A stretch of 64,000 bases of DNA from Eledone cirrhosa (lineage: Eukaryota). Of the stretch, positions 12,100-24,284 are shown piece after piece. Location of the stretch: contig OZ024741.1 in the NCBI GenBank assembly GCA_964016885.1, forward strand, positions 276,582,001-276,646,000. The letters run 5' to 3'. The stretch's first letter is position 1, and the number at the start of each line of letters is the position of its first letter. Made by a program: the position numbers and the translations under genes. The notes beneath the pieces are model-generated. The model made no database searches. It saw nothing but the letters and a program-made list of their open reading frames with translations, and was not told where the DNA came from.

Positions 12100-13250
12100 G
12101 CAACACCACTACAACTTCAACTGCTAGCACTACTGCAGCCACCAACATGCACCTCTTGTCTACCACCAACACTACTACCAACACCACCAGCAACACCACT
12201 ACCATAACAACCAGCAACAGCACCACTACCACAACCACCAACACCACTACCAAAACTATCAGCACCACTACCAATACCACCAGCTACACTACCACAACCA
12301 CCAGAACCACTACCACAACCACCTACACCACTACTACAATCACCAACACCACTACCAATACCACCAGCACCATTACCACAACCACTAAACACCACTTCCA
12401 CAACCACCAACACAACTACCACAACCACCAACTACCACAACCACCAACACCACTACCAATACCACCATTACCACAACCACCAAACTCCACTGCCACAACC
12501 ACCAGCAAAACTACCACAACCACCAACACCATTACTACAACCACCAACGCCATTACCACAACCACCAAACTCCACTGCCACAACCACCAGCAAAACTACC
12601 ACAACCACCAACACCATTACTACAACCACCAACGCCATTACCACAACCACCAAACTCCACTGCCACAACCACCAGCAAAACTACCACAACCACCAACACC
12701 ATTACTACAACCACCAACGCCATTACCACAACCACCAAACTCCACTGCCACAACCACCAGCAAAACTACCACAACCACCAACACCACTACCAATACCACC
12801 ATTACCACAACCACCAAACTCCACTGCCACAACCACCAGCAAAACTACCACAACCACCAACACCATTACTACAACCACCAACGCCATTACCACAACCACC
12901 AAACTCCACTGCCACAACCACCAGCAAAACTACCACAACCACCAACACCACTACCAATACCACCATTACCACAACCACCAAACTCCACTGCCACAACCAC
13001 CAGCAAAACTACCACAACCACCAACACCATTACTACAACCACCAACGCCATTACCACAACCACCAAACTCCACTGCCACAACCACCAGCAAAACTACCAC
13101 AACCACCAACACCATTACCACATTCAACCAACACCACTACCAAAACCACCAACACTACTACCAAAGACACCAGCGCTATTACCACAAACCACCACTACCA
13201 CAACCACCAACACAACTACAACAACCACCAACACCACTACCAATACCACA
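12100..13250. repeat. ACC/ACA-rich compound minisatellite with 85- and 79-bp higher-order units
   Basis: Near-identical units marked by AAACTCCACTGCCACAACCACCAGCAAAACT recur between about 12480 and 13110. Confidence 0.9.
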
Positions 13251-13497
13251 ATTGTCTATACATTTTGAACTTAAATGGTTATCATCAGGACAATGCTTCC
13301 CTCTTCTAGCCCATTTACAAAGGCGAAAATATATAGTTTTTCCGCCTTTTGTAAATGGGCTTGAAGTGGGAAGTATTGTGCTGATGAGAACCATTTAAGT
13401 TCAAAACGCATAGACAAATAACCCCTTGCTTCTGCTGGACACCGCTCGGCGGCGCTGACCACCAGTGTTCTATTCATAGCTGAGGCTTTGAAAATGT
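13251..13497 (+). mobile_element. Fold-back element carrying two inverted hammerhead relics
   Basis: Arms at about 13251-13330 and 13337-13418. Each reads ttgt(c/g) CTGATGA (g/t)aac catttaa gttc AAAA..ATA gacaa; a unique tail then runs into (TA)n. Confidence 0.75.
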
Positions 13498-13699
13498 ATA
13501 TATCATCATCATCATCGTTTAATGTCTATCTTCCACGCTAGCATGGGTTTAGACGGGTCATATTATATATATATATTCTATACTTAAGAAAAGGTAGATA
13601 ATATAGAGATTCTTTGCCCTACTGTTAAGTTTATACTGTTTCAATAATAAATAAGATAAGCTTAACTGTAATGCAAATAACCCCTCTAATAATAGTAAT

Positions 13700-14110
13700 G
13701 AGACACACCAGAAAAGGTGTCAGAGAATGACAAAGCAACCATACCCTGAAATATGCCAATATGCACAAACAGGGAGATCAAAGCCAGCCAACCAGCTATT
13801 ATAGTCAAGGACCACAAAAAAAAAAAGAAAAATGTGTTCTAATTGAATTATCAATCCCCACAGATGACAATATATCTATCAAGGAAATGGAGAAATTATC
13901 CAAGTATAAAGATCTAGAGGTAGAAATAGACTGAATGTTGATGATGAAAAGAGAAACAATACCTATAATAATAAGTGCTATGGGAATAATAAAATATGTA
14001 CACAGACAGATACATAACCAAAACCACAAGACTTACTAACATACTAAAAATACCACTACTAGGTGTACTCTCAATACAATAGAAACAACACACTCAATAA
14101 AAATAAGACT
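13700..14110 (+). mobile_element. R4/Dong-like non-LTR retrotransposon remnant (restriction-like endonuclease region)
   Basis: With frameshifts and stops it reads HTPEKVSENDKATI..REIKASQPAIIVKDH..CVLIELSIPTDDNISIKEMEKLSKYKDLEVEI..ETIPIIISAMG. Confidence 0.75.
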
Positions 14111-14699
14111 AGTGATATATATGCACAGACACACACAGGTTTGTGGTGAGCTATTTCTAGCATACCTACAAAACTGCTGCCTGTCTACTTGTTGCTGATT
14201 TTCATCCATGCCATAATGCATGCTACCTATTTAAGACAATGCATGTATTTGTTGGCTAGTGAAAAATTTTTTCCTTATGTTTGAAGACGCCCCTGAGAAA
14301 TGTATCTTGCGATATTGATTGGCTCCATTGATTAAGATAATTAGTATCGTTCTTGCATTTTGAAACTGCAGTTTCAAGAGAAATTGATGTGACTGGAAAT
14401 ATCTTTCTTTGCAAATATCTTTATTTTGCTCTCGTCTCCCCCTTGTTTTGGATTCAAAACATAAGCTTTTAAATTGTTATATATATTTAAAACCCTTATG
14501 CTTCCCGAAATTCGCCAAAACTACACCTGATGTCCCCCTTCCATACACATGCACACACGTGTATATCATGACTCATGTTCTGTTCATTTTCCTGACGTTT
14601 GTACATTACCCTATGTACTATACATACACTTTTGATGAGTTGTAGTGCACCTGTGCACTGTACACAATATTTTCATTATTATTATCATTATTATCATCA

Positions 14700-15260
14700 T
14701 CATCACCATTTAACATCTATTTTTTTCCATGCTTGCATGGGTTAGATGGGTCTTTCACATTATGATACAAATCTGGCCAGTTGGCTGTGTCGTACCTTGC
14801 TCAAACAGAACTGTAATTTGGCAGGGGTTTTTTACAGCTGGATGCCCTTCCTAACACCAACCATATTTACTGTGTGGAACTGGGTGGCACCGTTATAAGA
14901 AGGGTCTGGCCAGTTGACTGCGCTGTACCCGGCTCATAGCAGAATCATATTTTGGGAGCTGGGTGGTCTCGTTATGAGGGATGTCTGGCCAGTTGGCTGC
15001 ATCATACCTTGCACATAGCATGACCGTGTTTTGGGTGGGTTTTTATGGTTGCTGGATGCCTTTCCTAACACGAACCACATTTACAGTGTGGAACTGGGTG
15101 GTACCATTATGGAATAGGTCTGGTTAATTGGTCGCGCTGTACCTTTCTCATAGAGGAACAGTGTTTTGAATGAGTTTTTATGACTGCTGGATGCCTCTCC
15201 TAAACCTCAGCCACATTTACACCAACCACATTTATAGTATGGAACTGGGACACCCACATT
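14700..15260 (-). repeat. Tandemly amplified SINE/RTE-3'UTR-derived units
   Basis: Repeated GCTGGATGCC..CCTAACAC.AACCACATTTAC.GTGTGGAACTGGG and TCTGGCCAGTTGG blocks; starts with an RTE-type tail. Confidence 0.65.
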
Positions 15261-15374
15261 ATAATCTACTACCATGCTATTTCTGAACTGTTGTTTTACC
15301 ATACAACACACTCAAATCTCCCTCTTTCTCTCCAACATGTAATCATTTCTTTCGCTCTTTTTCTCTCTCTACAG

Positions 15375-15465
15375 ACCTCCTTTACCGTACTGATTTCTTC
15401 CCTGGTCTTGGATGGATGATGGAACGGAGAACGTGGCTGGAGTTGGAACCAAAGTGGCCGAAAAC
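15375..15465 (+). CDS. MGAT1: MGAT1 exon
   Basis: CT-rich tract + ACAG acceptor, GTAAGT donor. Reads (N)[29 protein letters not shown](T), a conserved GnT-I motif. Confidence 0.96.
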
Positions 15466-16127
15466 GTAAGTATCTCTTTATTTTCAAGGTTTTAATTCTC
15501 AGTCCAGTCAGCACATTGTATCCTTGATCAAGAAACTTCATTTCACCTCACTCCAGTCCATTCAGCTGGTAAAAATGAGTTGCCGCAACACTAGTGACAT
15601 GCTGCATCAACTTTTGCCTTTCCCTTCAACCACATCTTATGTAATGTATATATAGTGCATATGGTGTGTATATGAGGTGCAATGGCATTGGTGCCAAACT
15701 GCATCAGCCTTTGCCTTTCCTTTGGACCACATCATATATAGTGTGTGTGTATATATATATATATATATAGCACATATGGTGTATATATGAACTGCAAGGA
15801 CACAGGTGCCAAGTTCTATCAACATTTACATTTCACTTCAACAACAACAGTGGTGTAGAGAAGAGTGACTTCTACAAAACACAAAACCCCAACCTTGGCT
15901 GGTGCCTTGGACTGGAACTTTCCAGAGGCAAACACATGGTCAGTCAAGACTAAAAATTTAATGTTATGATATTTAAAATGTTGTAAGTGTCATTTAGGGT
16001 ATAGTTTTTGTTTCACAACACCATTATGTAATGGTTCTTTTTTTTTTTTTTTTACCAATTTCTGACTGTTTTGAAGGCCATATTCATTCAAGACATAAAA
16101 AACAATAAGAAATAGGAATTTCACCTC

Positions 16128-16222
16128 CAAAGAGAAACTGGTGTAATATTCACCTCCAAAGTGAAACCAGTATAATATTCACCTCCAAATTGAGACCAGT
16201 ATAATATTCACCTCCAAAGCAA
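16128..16222. repeat. About 30-bp minisatellite, 4 copies
   Basis: TATAATATTCACCTCCAAA.. units. Confidence 0.8.
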
Positions 16223-16650
16223 AAATATTTTAGCACCTAATTTATATAGAATTTTGAAGTTGGTGAAAATCAGCAAAATATTGACCTCAAATATAAGCTG
16301 ACCTCCTTTTTTACTATCAATTTTTTTTTTTTTTTTTTTTTTCCCCCCTCTCACGGTTTATCTACCTATGAATTGGTTGCTATTATTAAATAGTGTGGCA
16401 TGGTCCTGTAACTCTTGATAGAGTCACAGGGTCGATGTAGTGGCATACAGCGTTTCTTGGGCATTTTAAGTCTAATAGAGCCCATCTCATCTCAAGATCT
16501 GAATACAGCAGATTTCTTCTAGAAAAGGATAGAAAGTGAGAGAGAGGAACTGAGAAATAGATATAGAATAGGAATTGACCCCTATACTTGACTGGTATTT
16601 ATTTTTTCAACATCTTGTTTTAACTTTTTTCATATTTCATCTTCTTTCAG

Positions 16651-16755
16651 ATTTTGGGATGACTGGATGCGTCATCCAGAACAGAGGAAAGACAGGGCCT
16701 GTATCAGACCTGAAATATGTCGAACAAGCACTTTTGGCAAACAAGGAGTTAGCAA
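16651..16755 (+). CDS. MGAT1: MGAT1 exon
   Basis: CTTTCAG acceptor, GTAAG donor. Reads [34 protein letters not shown](K). Confidence 0.96.
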
Positions 16756-18674
16756 GTAAGAAACCTCACCTCACTATCACCAGCTCTTTTTTCTTTTGTT
16801 TGTTTATATGTAAGCTAGTAAAAGTGTGTGGCTTAGTGGCTAGTGAGATCATGATTGTAACATTGTGAGTTCAGTTCCTGGACTGGTTGGGACATTGTGT
16901 CCTTGAGCAAGACACTTTATTTCAAGTTGTTCCAGTCCACTCAGCTGAAAAAAGAAAATGAAGTTGCAACAACATTGGTGCCAAGCTGTATCAGCCTTTT
17001 CCTTTCCCTTGGACGACATCATATATAGTGTATATAGGGTATATATATATAGTGTATATATGAGTTGTGATGACATAGGTGCCAAATTGTATCAGCCCAG
17101 GTCTTTCCTTTGGATGACATATACAGTGTATAGACATATAGTGTATATATATGTTGCAACGATACTGGTGCCAAGATGTACCAGTCTTTGCCTTTTCCTT
17201 GCATGACATCAGTGTTATGAAGAAGGGAGGCTGGCATGCACTTATTACTGCTTGTCTTCTACAAAACACCTGTTCCAGCTTGTGCTTCAAGGAGGCAAAC
17301 CCATGTTCACTCAGTCATGTCTGCAAAACCTTGCCTTACTTTTTACATGAAAGCTATAATTTTCTATATACTTTATCCTTTACCTATATAGCTTCACTGT
17401 TGTGTATCCAATTTCTAATAGGTATGCTGTATCTCTGTGTATTATAAAAGGTGATTAAATGGGTTGGTGCTGGGAATAATATCCAGTTGTAAAATATTGT
17501 TTCAGAAAGGACCACCTGATACGTATATAGTCTATGGAGGGCCTGCAAGGCTAGCCCCCTCCTTTAGCTTTAAAACACTTGTTGTTTATCTATATAGATA
17601 TACTTAAATCTGTATATATCTGTGTGTGTGTGGCAGGATACCCTTTCTAACACCAACCACTTCACTGCATGTATTGTGTGCATTCCATCATGGAACCAAC
17701 ACTACCACTTTACAGTGGGTTGGGTGTATTTTATGGCACCAACACTACCACTTTATAGAGTGGGCTGTATGGTTTTTATCATGGCACCAGCAATATCCCT
17801 ATACAGTGTAGACTGAGTGCATTTTATTATGGCACAAATACACACAGAGAGTTAGTTGTCTTGTCACTATAACCATCACTACACAACAACCACAAACACA
17901 CACACCAACACCACAACCACACACACCACAACCACATACACCACCATCACAACCACACACACCACTACACAACAGCACAATCACCACACAACACCATAAC
18001 CACACTCACAACCACACATACCACCACCACCACCATAAGATCAGCATAACTACATTAGTAATGTAGTTATTACATCAGCATACCACCATACCATCACAGT
18101 CAACAGTATGTTACTGTTACATTAGCATACCACCACAGTCAAAAGTATGTTGCTATTACATTTACATGCTGCTATACTACCATACCACCCTACTACGATA
18201 CCACCAAACCACAACAGTCAAAAGTATGTTGCTATTACATTAACATACCACCACACCACTACAGTCAAAAGTATCCTTTCATCTTTTCGGGGTCGATAAA
18301 ATAAAGTACCCGTCACATAAATTGTTGGCTACCCATAAATTTCCCTACCCATAAATTGTTGGCCTTGTGCCTAAATCAGAAACCATTATTACATTAGCAT
18401 ACCACCATACCACTACTGTCAAAAGTATGTTATTATGAATATAATTAAAATTCATTGGTGGGTGGAGTGGCAACCACAACAACTAAAAGAAAATAACTAG
18501 TTATAATTGGTTGCTCAAGAAAAACAATAATTATAATTGATTCATCTAGAAAATCAGTAATTATTATTAATTAGTGAAAATACAATAAATAAATTAAATT
18601 ATATAAAACTTGGTGTGGTCTTAAGTTATTATAAATCAATTTAGTTCATACTTCAAAAAAAGTTCAAAAAAAAA

Positions 18675-19156
18675 GGTGCAGAGCACTAGAAGTTGATGGA
18701 AACCGCGGAGTGGGGAGACCCAAGATGACTTGGGATGAGGTGATAAAAGCCGACCTTACCCAACTACACCTCTCAAAGTCAATGACACACGACCGTGACT
18801 TCTGGCGTCACGCAGTAATACAGGGTACCCGACCTCCCATGGGTACATGCTGAAGCATATAAACAATATGCCCCCCCCCCCCCCACCGCAAGGTGGTCGT
18901 GGAGGTGCCACGGCAAAAAAGCACCCAGCCCACACTGTAAAGTGGACGTGTAGGCGCCACGAAAAAGCACCCAGCACTCACTGTAAATGAGGTTGGTGTT
19001 AGGAAGGGCATCCAGCTGTAGAAATCAAGCCAGATCAGTTCCTGTATGAGCAAGGCATGGTCAGCCGACCAGACACTGCCCACAACAGGACAACCCGTCT
19101 AACCCATGCTAGCGTGGAAGAACGGACGTAAAACGGTGATGATGATGATGATGATG
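18675..19156 (+). mobile_element. RTE LINE 3' fragment
   Basis: Reads GNRGVGRPKMTWDEVIKADLTQLHLSKSMTHDRDFWRHAV, then a 3' UTR ending CCCATGCTAGCGTGGAAG..(GAT)n. Confidence 0.85.
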
Positions 19157-19199
19157 ACTTCTGTCCTCATCTTAGGAAAAATAAATTGAAATGAAATTT

Positions 19200-20030
19200 A
19201 CAGCTCACACTATGTATATTTAGCTGGCCTCCTACAGTTGTATCTCATCGGTGGTTTCTCCAGTTTTTTAATGCTAGTGACCTCACTCCTATGATGTTGT
19301 TGTTACAGCTTACACCTATATAAGTTTAGCTGCTCTCCTATCAGGTTATATATCATAAGGGGTTTCTCCAAGCTTTTGATGATAGGGGCCCCAGTCCTAT
19401 CATGTTCTTGTTGTTTTAGCTCCCACCTGCATAGGTTTAGCTGGCCTCCTATACAGTTGTATCTCATCAGAGGTTTCCCCAATGTTTTAATGATAAGGGC
19501 TCTAATCCTATCATATTGTTGTAGTTTTAGCTCACACCTATGTAGGTTTAGCTGGCCTTAGGGTTTCTGGTGTTGTTACTGTTAACACTTATATAGGTTT
19601 AACTGGTCTCCTGTAAGGTTGCATCTCATAGGAGGTTTCTCAAGGGTTTTGATGATAGGGGGCCTGAGTGTTGTTGTTACAGCTCACAGCTATATAAGTT
19701 TAGCTGCTTTCCAAATTGTGAGTTGTAACAAGGACATGATAGGACTGGAGCCACTATCAGTAAAACAGCTGAAAAATCTCCTATGAGATAACAATGTCAT
19801 AGGAGGCCAGCTAAACCTACATAGATGTGAGCTGTAACAATCACTTGATAGAACTGGAGCTCCTATAATTAAAACACTTGAGAAAGCTATGAGCTGTAAT
19901 CCTGTAGGAGACCAGCTAAACCTACATAGATGTCAGCCATAACAACAACAACAATGTGATAAGACTGGGGCTTCTATAATTAAGACACTTGAGAAGCCCA
20001 CTATTAGATATAACCTTGTAGGAGTCATCT
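19200..20030. repeat. About 110-bp satellite-like units arranged as two inverted arrays
   Basis: About five forward units (TTTAGCTGGCCTCCTA..GTTGTATCTCAT) up to about 19710, then about three reverse units (ATGAGATA..AGGAGGCCAGCTAAACC). A single related unit lies at 955-1040. Confidence 0.8.
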
Positions 20031-20406
20031 GTTTATTTTGGTTCATTTCATTTTTTTTTTCACATATACATGTGATCATCATCAGTTATTAGCTCCCACC
20101 AGGTTCAATTCCATGGATCACTATAATGCTATCGATGATTTATTACAAGTATGTATGTGGTGGGGTTCTGTTTTAAGTTACTTTGTGAGGCAATGTTTTA
20201 TGACTGAATGCCCTTCCTGGGCCTAACCCCTTTTTACTTGCTTCTTATGACATACACAGATACAGTGTACCTATTCTAAACTGGATACACACAACTGTAT
20301 GTGTGTATGTACATTGTAATGTGTATATATATGCATGTATGTATGTATATATAGAACTTTTCCACTATAAAGTATGAAGTTTTTCCTAAATATAATATGC
20401 TTTATA

Positions 20407-23400
20407 TCTCTATATATATAAAACGGTAGATGTCTGTCTGTGTGTGTGTATGATTTTTATGCATTTCCACATTTCTCTACCGATTTTGAGGATTTTTTTT
20501 CCAATGTGCTCCTAATTTACCAGGGCAGGTCAACGCGTAATTATTTTTGCCAAAAATTTCCTGCTTCTATGAAAAAGAATCGATAAAACTAAATACATGC
20601 TGTAACCCTCTCTCTTACACGCTTCATTCCTCTCACTACCCTCAATCTCCTCTGCAACTCTCTTTAAAAGGTTACTGTCTCCGTCTCTGAAGGAACGCGA
20701 CACAAACTTTGATAACCCTCTCTCTTACACGCTTCATTCCTCTCACTACCCTCAATCTCCTCTGCAACTCTCTTTAAAAGGTTACTGCCTCCGTCTCCAT
20801 TACAGTTTAGGTACACACCTACATTTTACATCAAATAACAAATATTCAAAAGCAACAGATGAATTTATAAAACAACAAACGTAACAATAACGACCTCTCT
20901 ATAATTTAACTGCTTTGCTCTCTCTGTCGCTCTTCACTCCCTATATGACAACACTGCGGTGGAGCGTTCCGTATTGGCATATAGCTTATCTGGGGTATTT
21001 TCAATCGGCTTATTGCAAATAACAACCTGCAAAATAACACTTCATATAACAGATTAATGCTATAAACATATGAATCGGGATGTAACCTGTGAACTTTTTC
21101 CTGGGCAAAATTATTCGAACAGACATGACCTCATTGCCAGAGTGTTCAGACTGAAATTGGCTAAACTCATGGCTTTAATCAAAAAGGGTCAGGTATTTGG
21201 GGCTGTAAAATGTGACGTGTTCACCGTCGAATGGCAAAAACGAGGGCTGCCACATGCTCACATTTTGATTTGGTTAGCTGATAAAATCAATTCAAATGCC
21301 ATAGACAGCTTCATTTCGGCTGAAATCCCCAACCCAGCAACTGACCAGGAATTAGATGACATCGTCAAAGCTAACATGGTCCGTGTGCGTCGGGTCATAA
21401 TGAGCATCACACGTGTCTGAAAGGGGGGTCGTGCAGTCAGGGATACTCCAAAAAATTTGTTGACGAGACTCAGACTGGTGGCGATGGGTACCCCCTGTAC
21501 AGGCGGAGACGGCCCAAGAATGGTGGCTTCACCACAACAGTAAAGAGGGGTCAAGTCGACAATAGATGGGTGGTCCCTTACTGCTCGCTTCTCTTGAAGA
21601 TGTTAAACGCCCACATCAACGTTGAGTTTTGCAACTACATCAAGTCTATAAAATACATATGCAAATATGTAAATAAGGGCTCTGATGAGGTCACAGAATA
21701 CCTGGCGGGGCGGTACATCAGAAGCAATTAAGCTTTTTGCCGCCTATTTCGCTTCCCCCTACACCAACGGCACCCCGCCATCGTTCAGCTTGCGGTACAT
21801 TTGGAAAATGGGAAAAGGGTTTACTTTACGGACAAAACCGCCGCCAAGCTGGCCGCCGATCCGAAAGAGACCACTCTGACAGGCTTCATCAAATTTTGCC
21901 AGTTTGATACATTTGCACAAACAATTGTGTACCCCCAGGTTCCATCCGACTTTATATGGTCGAAAAACACTTGGGTACGAAGAAAGTCAGGTCAGGCTGT
22001 TGAAAGACATCCTGGTGTAAAATTTGACAGCTGTCTTGGAAGGGTTTACACTGTGCCCCCAAGTCAGCATGAGTGCTTTCATTTCCGCCTTCTTCTGCAT
22101 GAAGTTGTAGGCCCACAAAGTTTTCAGGACATCAAAACTGTTGATGGAGAAATATGTGATACGTACCAAGAAGCCTGCTTTAAGCGTGGTCTTTTGGAAG
22201 ATGATTCGCAATGGGATTCCACTTTAGCAGAGGGTGCTTTGTTGAAATCACCTAAAGGTCTACGGGAACTCTTTGTCATTTTGCTTCAAAAGTGTGAATT
22301 GGGTGATCCCAAATCTTTATGGGTCAAGTACAGAGACTTCATGTCTGAGGATTTCCTGCGCCTGGCTCATCTGCAGTATCCTTCAGTGGAAGTTGCTTAC
22401 AGCGGCATTATCTACAACGGCACTCATTGATATCGAGGACGCCCTCCTCGACATGGGTGGGAGTGAGTTGGCGATGTATGGCTTGCCGTCAACCGTCACA
22501 GATGAAGCTAACACGGCTCTGGATTTGTTGCAGGAAACATCATATGACATCGAATCTCTTTCCCAATACTTAGAGGAAAATGAGCCCAAACGTCTGTCGG
22601 ACCAAAGGTTGGCCTATTTAACTATCATTGACGCGGTTCAAAATCAGACTGAGGGTATTTACTTTCTCGATGCTCCTGGGGGTACCGGAAAAACTTTTGT
22701 AACAAAATTGATTCCCGCTAAGATTCGTCAGGAGAAAAAAATTGCGTTGGCCGTTGCATCGTCCGGGATTGCTGCTACTTTGCTGCCGGGAGGCAGGACA
22801 GCACATTCAACCTTTAAACTCCCGTTGGATTTAGTAAAAACTGAGACACCAACACGCAATATCAGCAAGAGTTCACACAAAGCTCTGGTTCTCAAAAGAT
22901 GTTGCCTCATTGTTTGGGATGAGTGCACAATGGCACACAAGGGTGCCCTTGAGGCATTGGACGGGACCCTGAAAGACATTAGGGATTCTACGGCTCCTAT
23001 GGGTGGCGTAACCCTTCTGCTATCAGGGGATTTTCGGCAAACGCTGCTTGTCTTCCCCAAAGGAACAAGAGCTGATGAAGTGCGTGCCTGCCTTAAGTCG
23101 TCCATGTTGTGGCTCCAGGTGAAGAGTTTGTACCTGAGCATAAATATGCGTGCTCATTTGCATGGTGACAACATGTCTGTAGCATTTGCTCAGAACATTT
23201 TAGCACTTGGTGAGGGCAAGGTCCCTGCGGATGATAAGGGCGGCATAGCAATCGACTCCCTGTGCAACATTGTGAGCAGCCCTTCTGACCTTTGGGAAGC
23301 AGTTTTTCCTGATGTCTCATCTAACTTTAAAAACCTCGATTGGCTCAGGGAAAGAGCCATCCTTGCTCCAAAAAATACCATGGTTAATTTTATTAACGAG

Positions 23401-24270
23401 CAGCTGATTGAGAAGATTCCCGGTAAAGAGCACATCTTCAAATCTATCGACCGGACGTCAGACCCCTACGATATCGTTAATTATCCGGTTGAGTTATTAA
23501 ATTCCCTTGAACCCCCAGGGCTCCCACCTCACGTTATTAAGCTTAGGGTTGGCTGTCCCATTATGCTAATAAGGAACTTGCGTCCACCAAAGCAGTGCAA
23601 CGGTACTCGCATGGTCGTCAAGTCACTGACACCCCACTTGATTGAGGCCACCATCATAACGGGGTGCGGAAGAGGGGGAGAATGTTTTCATTCCAAGGAT
23701 GAACCTTTTCCCCTCGGTGTATGATATCCCGTTCGATTTCCGGCGATCCCAATTCCCGGTGAGACCATATTTTGCCATGTCCATTAACAAGTCACAAGGG
23801 CAAACATTGGCGGTGGCGGGCATCCATTTGGAGGAGCCATGCTTCTCCCATGGCCAACTTTATGTTGCCTGTTCCCGCATAGGGAGCAGGAATGGACTTT
23901 TTGCTTACACTCCTCAAGGGATGACACGCAATATCGTCTACAAAGAGGTGCTATAGATGTTGGTGCAGGTGTTGGAGCTACGCCATCTGGAACACTATTT
24001 CCTGGTAGAGTATCCCATGACGGACAGATCTGACACCCAGCGGCATCAGGGCCACCATCTTGCAACTTTGGTCTACTAAATTCGCTATTGGAAGATTATT
24101 AACCCATCATTGATTGACCAAAATGCTAATTGGTTCGTAACTTTTAATAACCAGTTCAACTGCTTTATGCACTTAATTGATAAGCTTATTCACTTTCAAG
24201 CCACGTTTACCTGTATGTAACTTTTCATAGCAAATGAACAAACCCGAGCAACGCCGGGCTAAACTGCTAG
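20407..24270 (+). mobile_element. Helitron with degenerate RepHel (HUH Rep + Pif1 helicase)
   Basis: A|TC 5' end; 3' hairpin CCCGAGCAACGCCGGG then CTAG|T. Rep motifs VEWQKRGLPHAHIL and KYICKYVNKG; helicase motifs DAPGGTGKT, IVWDECTM, GDFRQ, AMSINKSQGQT, HGQLYVACSR. Several frameshifts and deletions. Confidence 0.95.
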
Positions 24271-24284
24271 TATATATATATATA

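Noticed and set aside
12018-13268. 416-aa Thr/His/Pro-rich mucin-like ORF with a hydrophobic N-terminus
   Set aside because: It is a translation of a stop-poor minisatellite whose units cycle through all frames, and it lies inside an MGAT1 intron.
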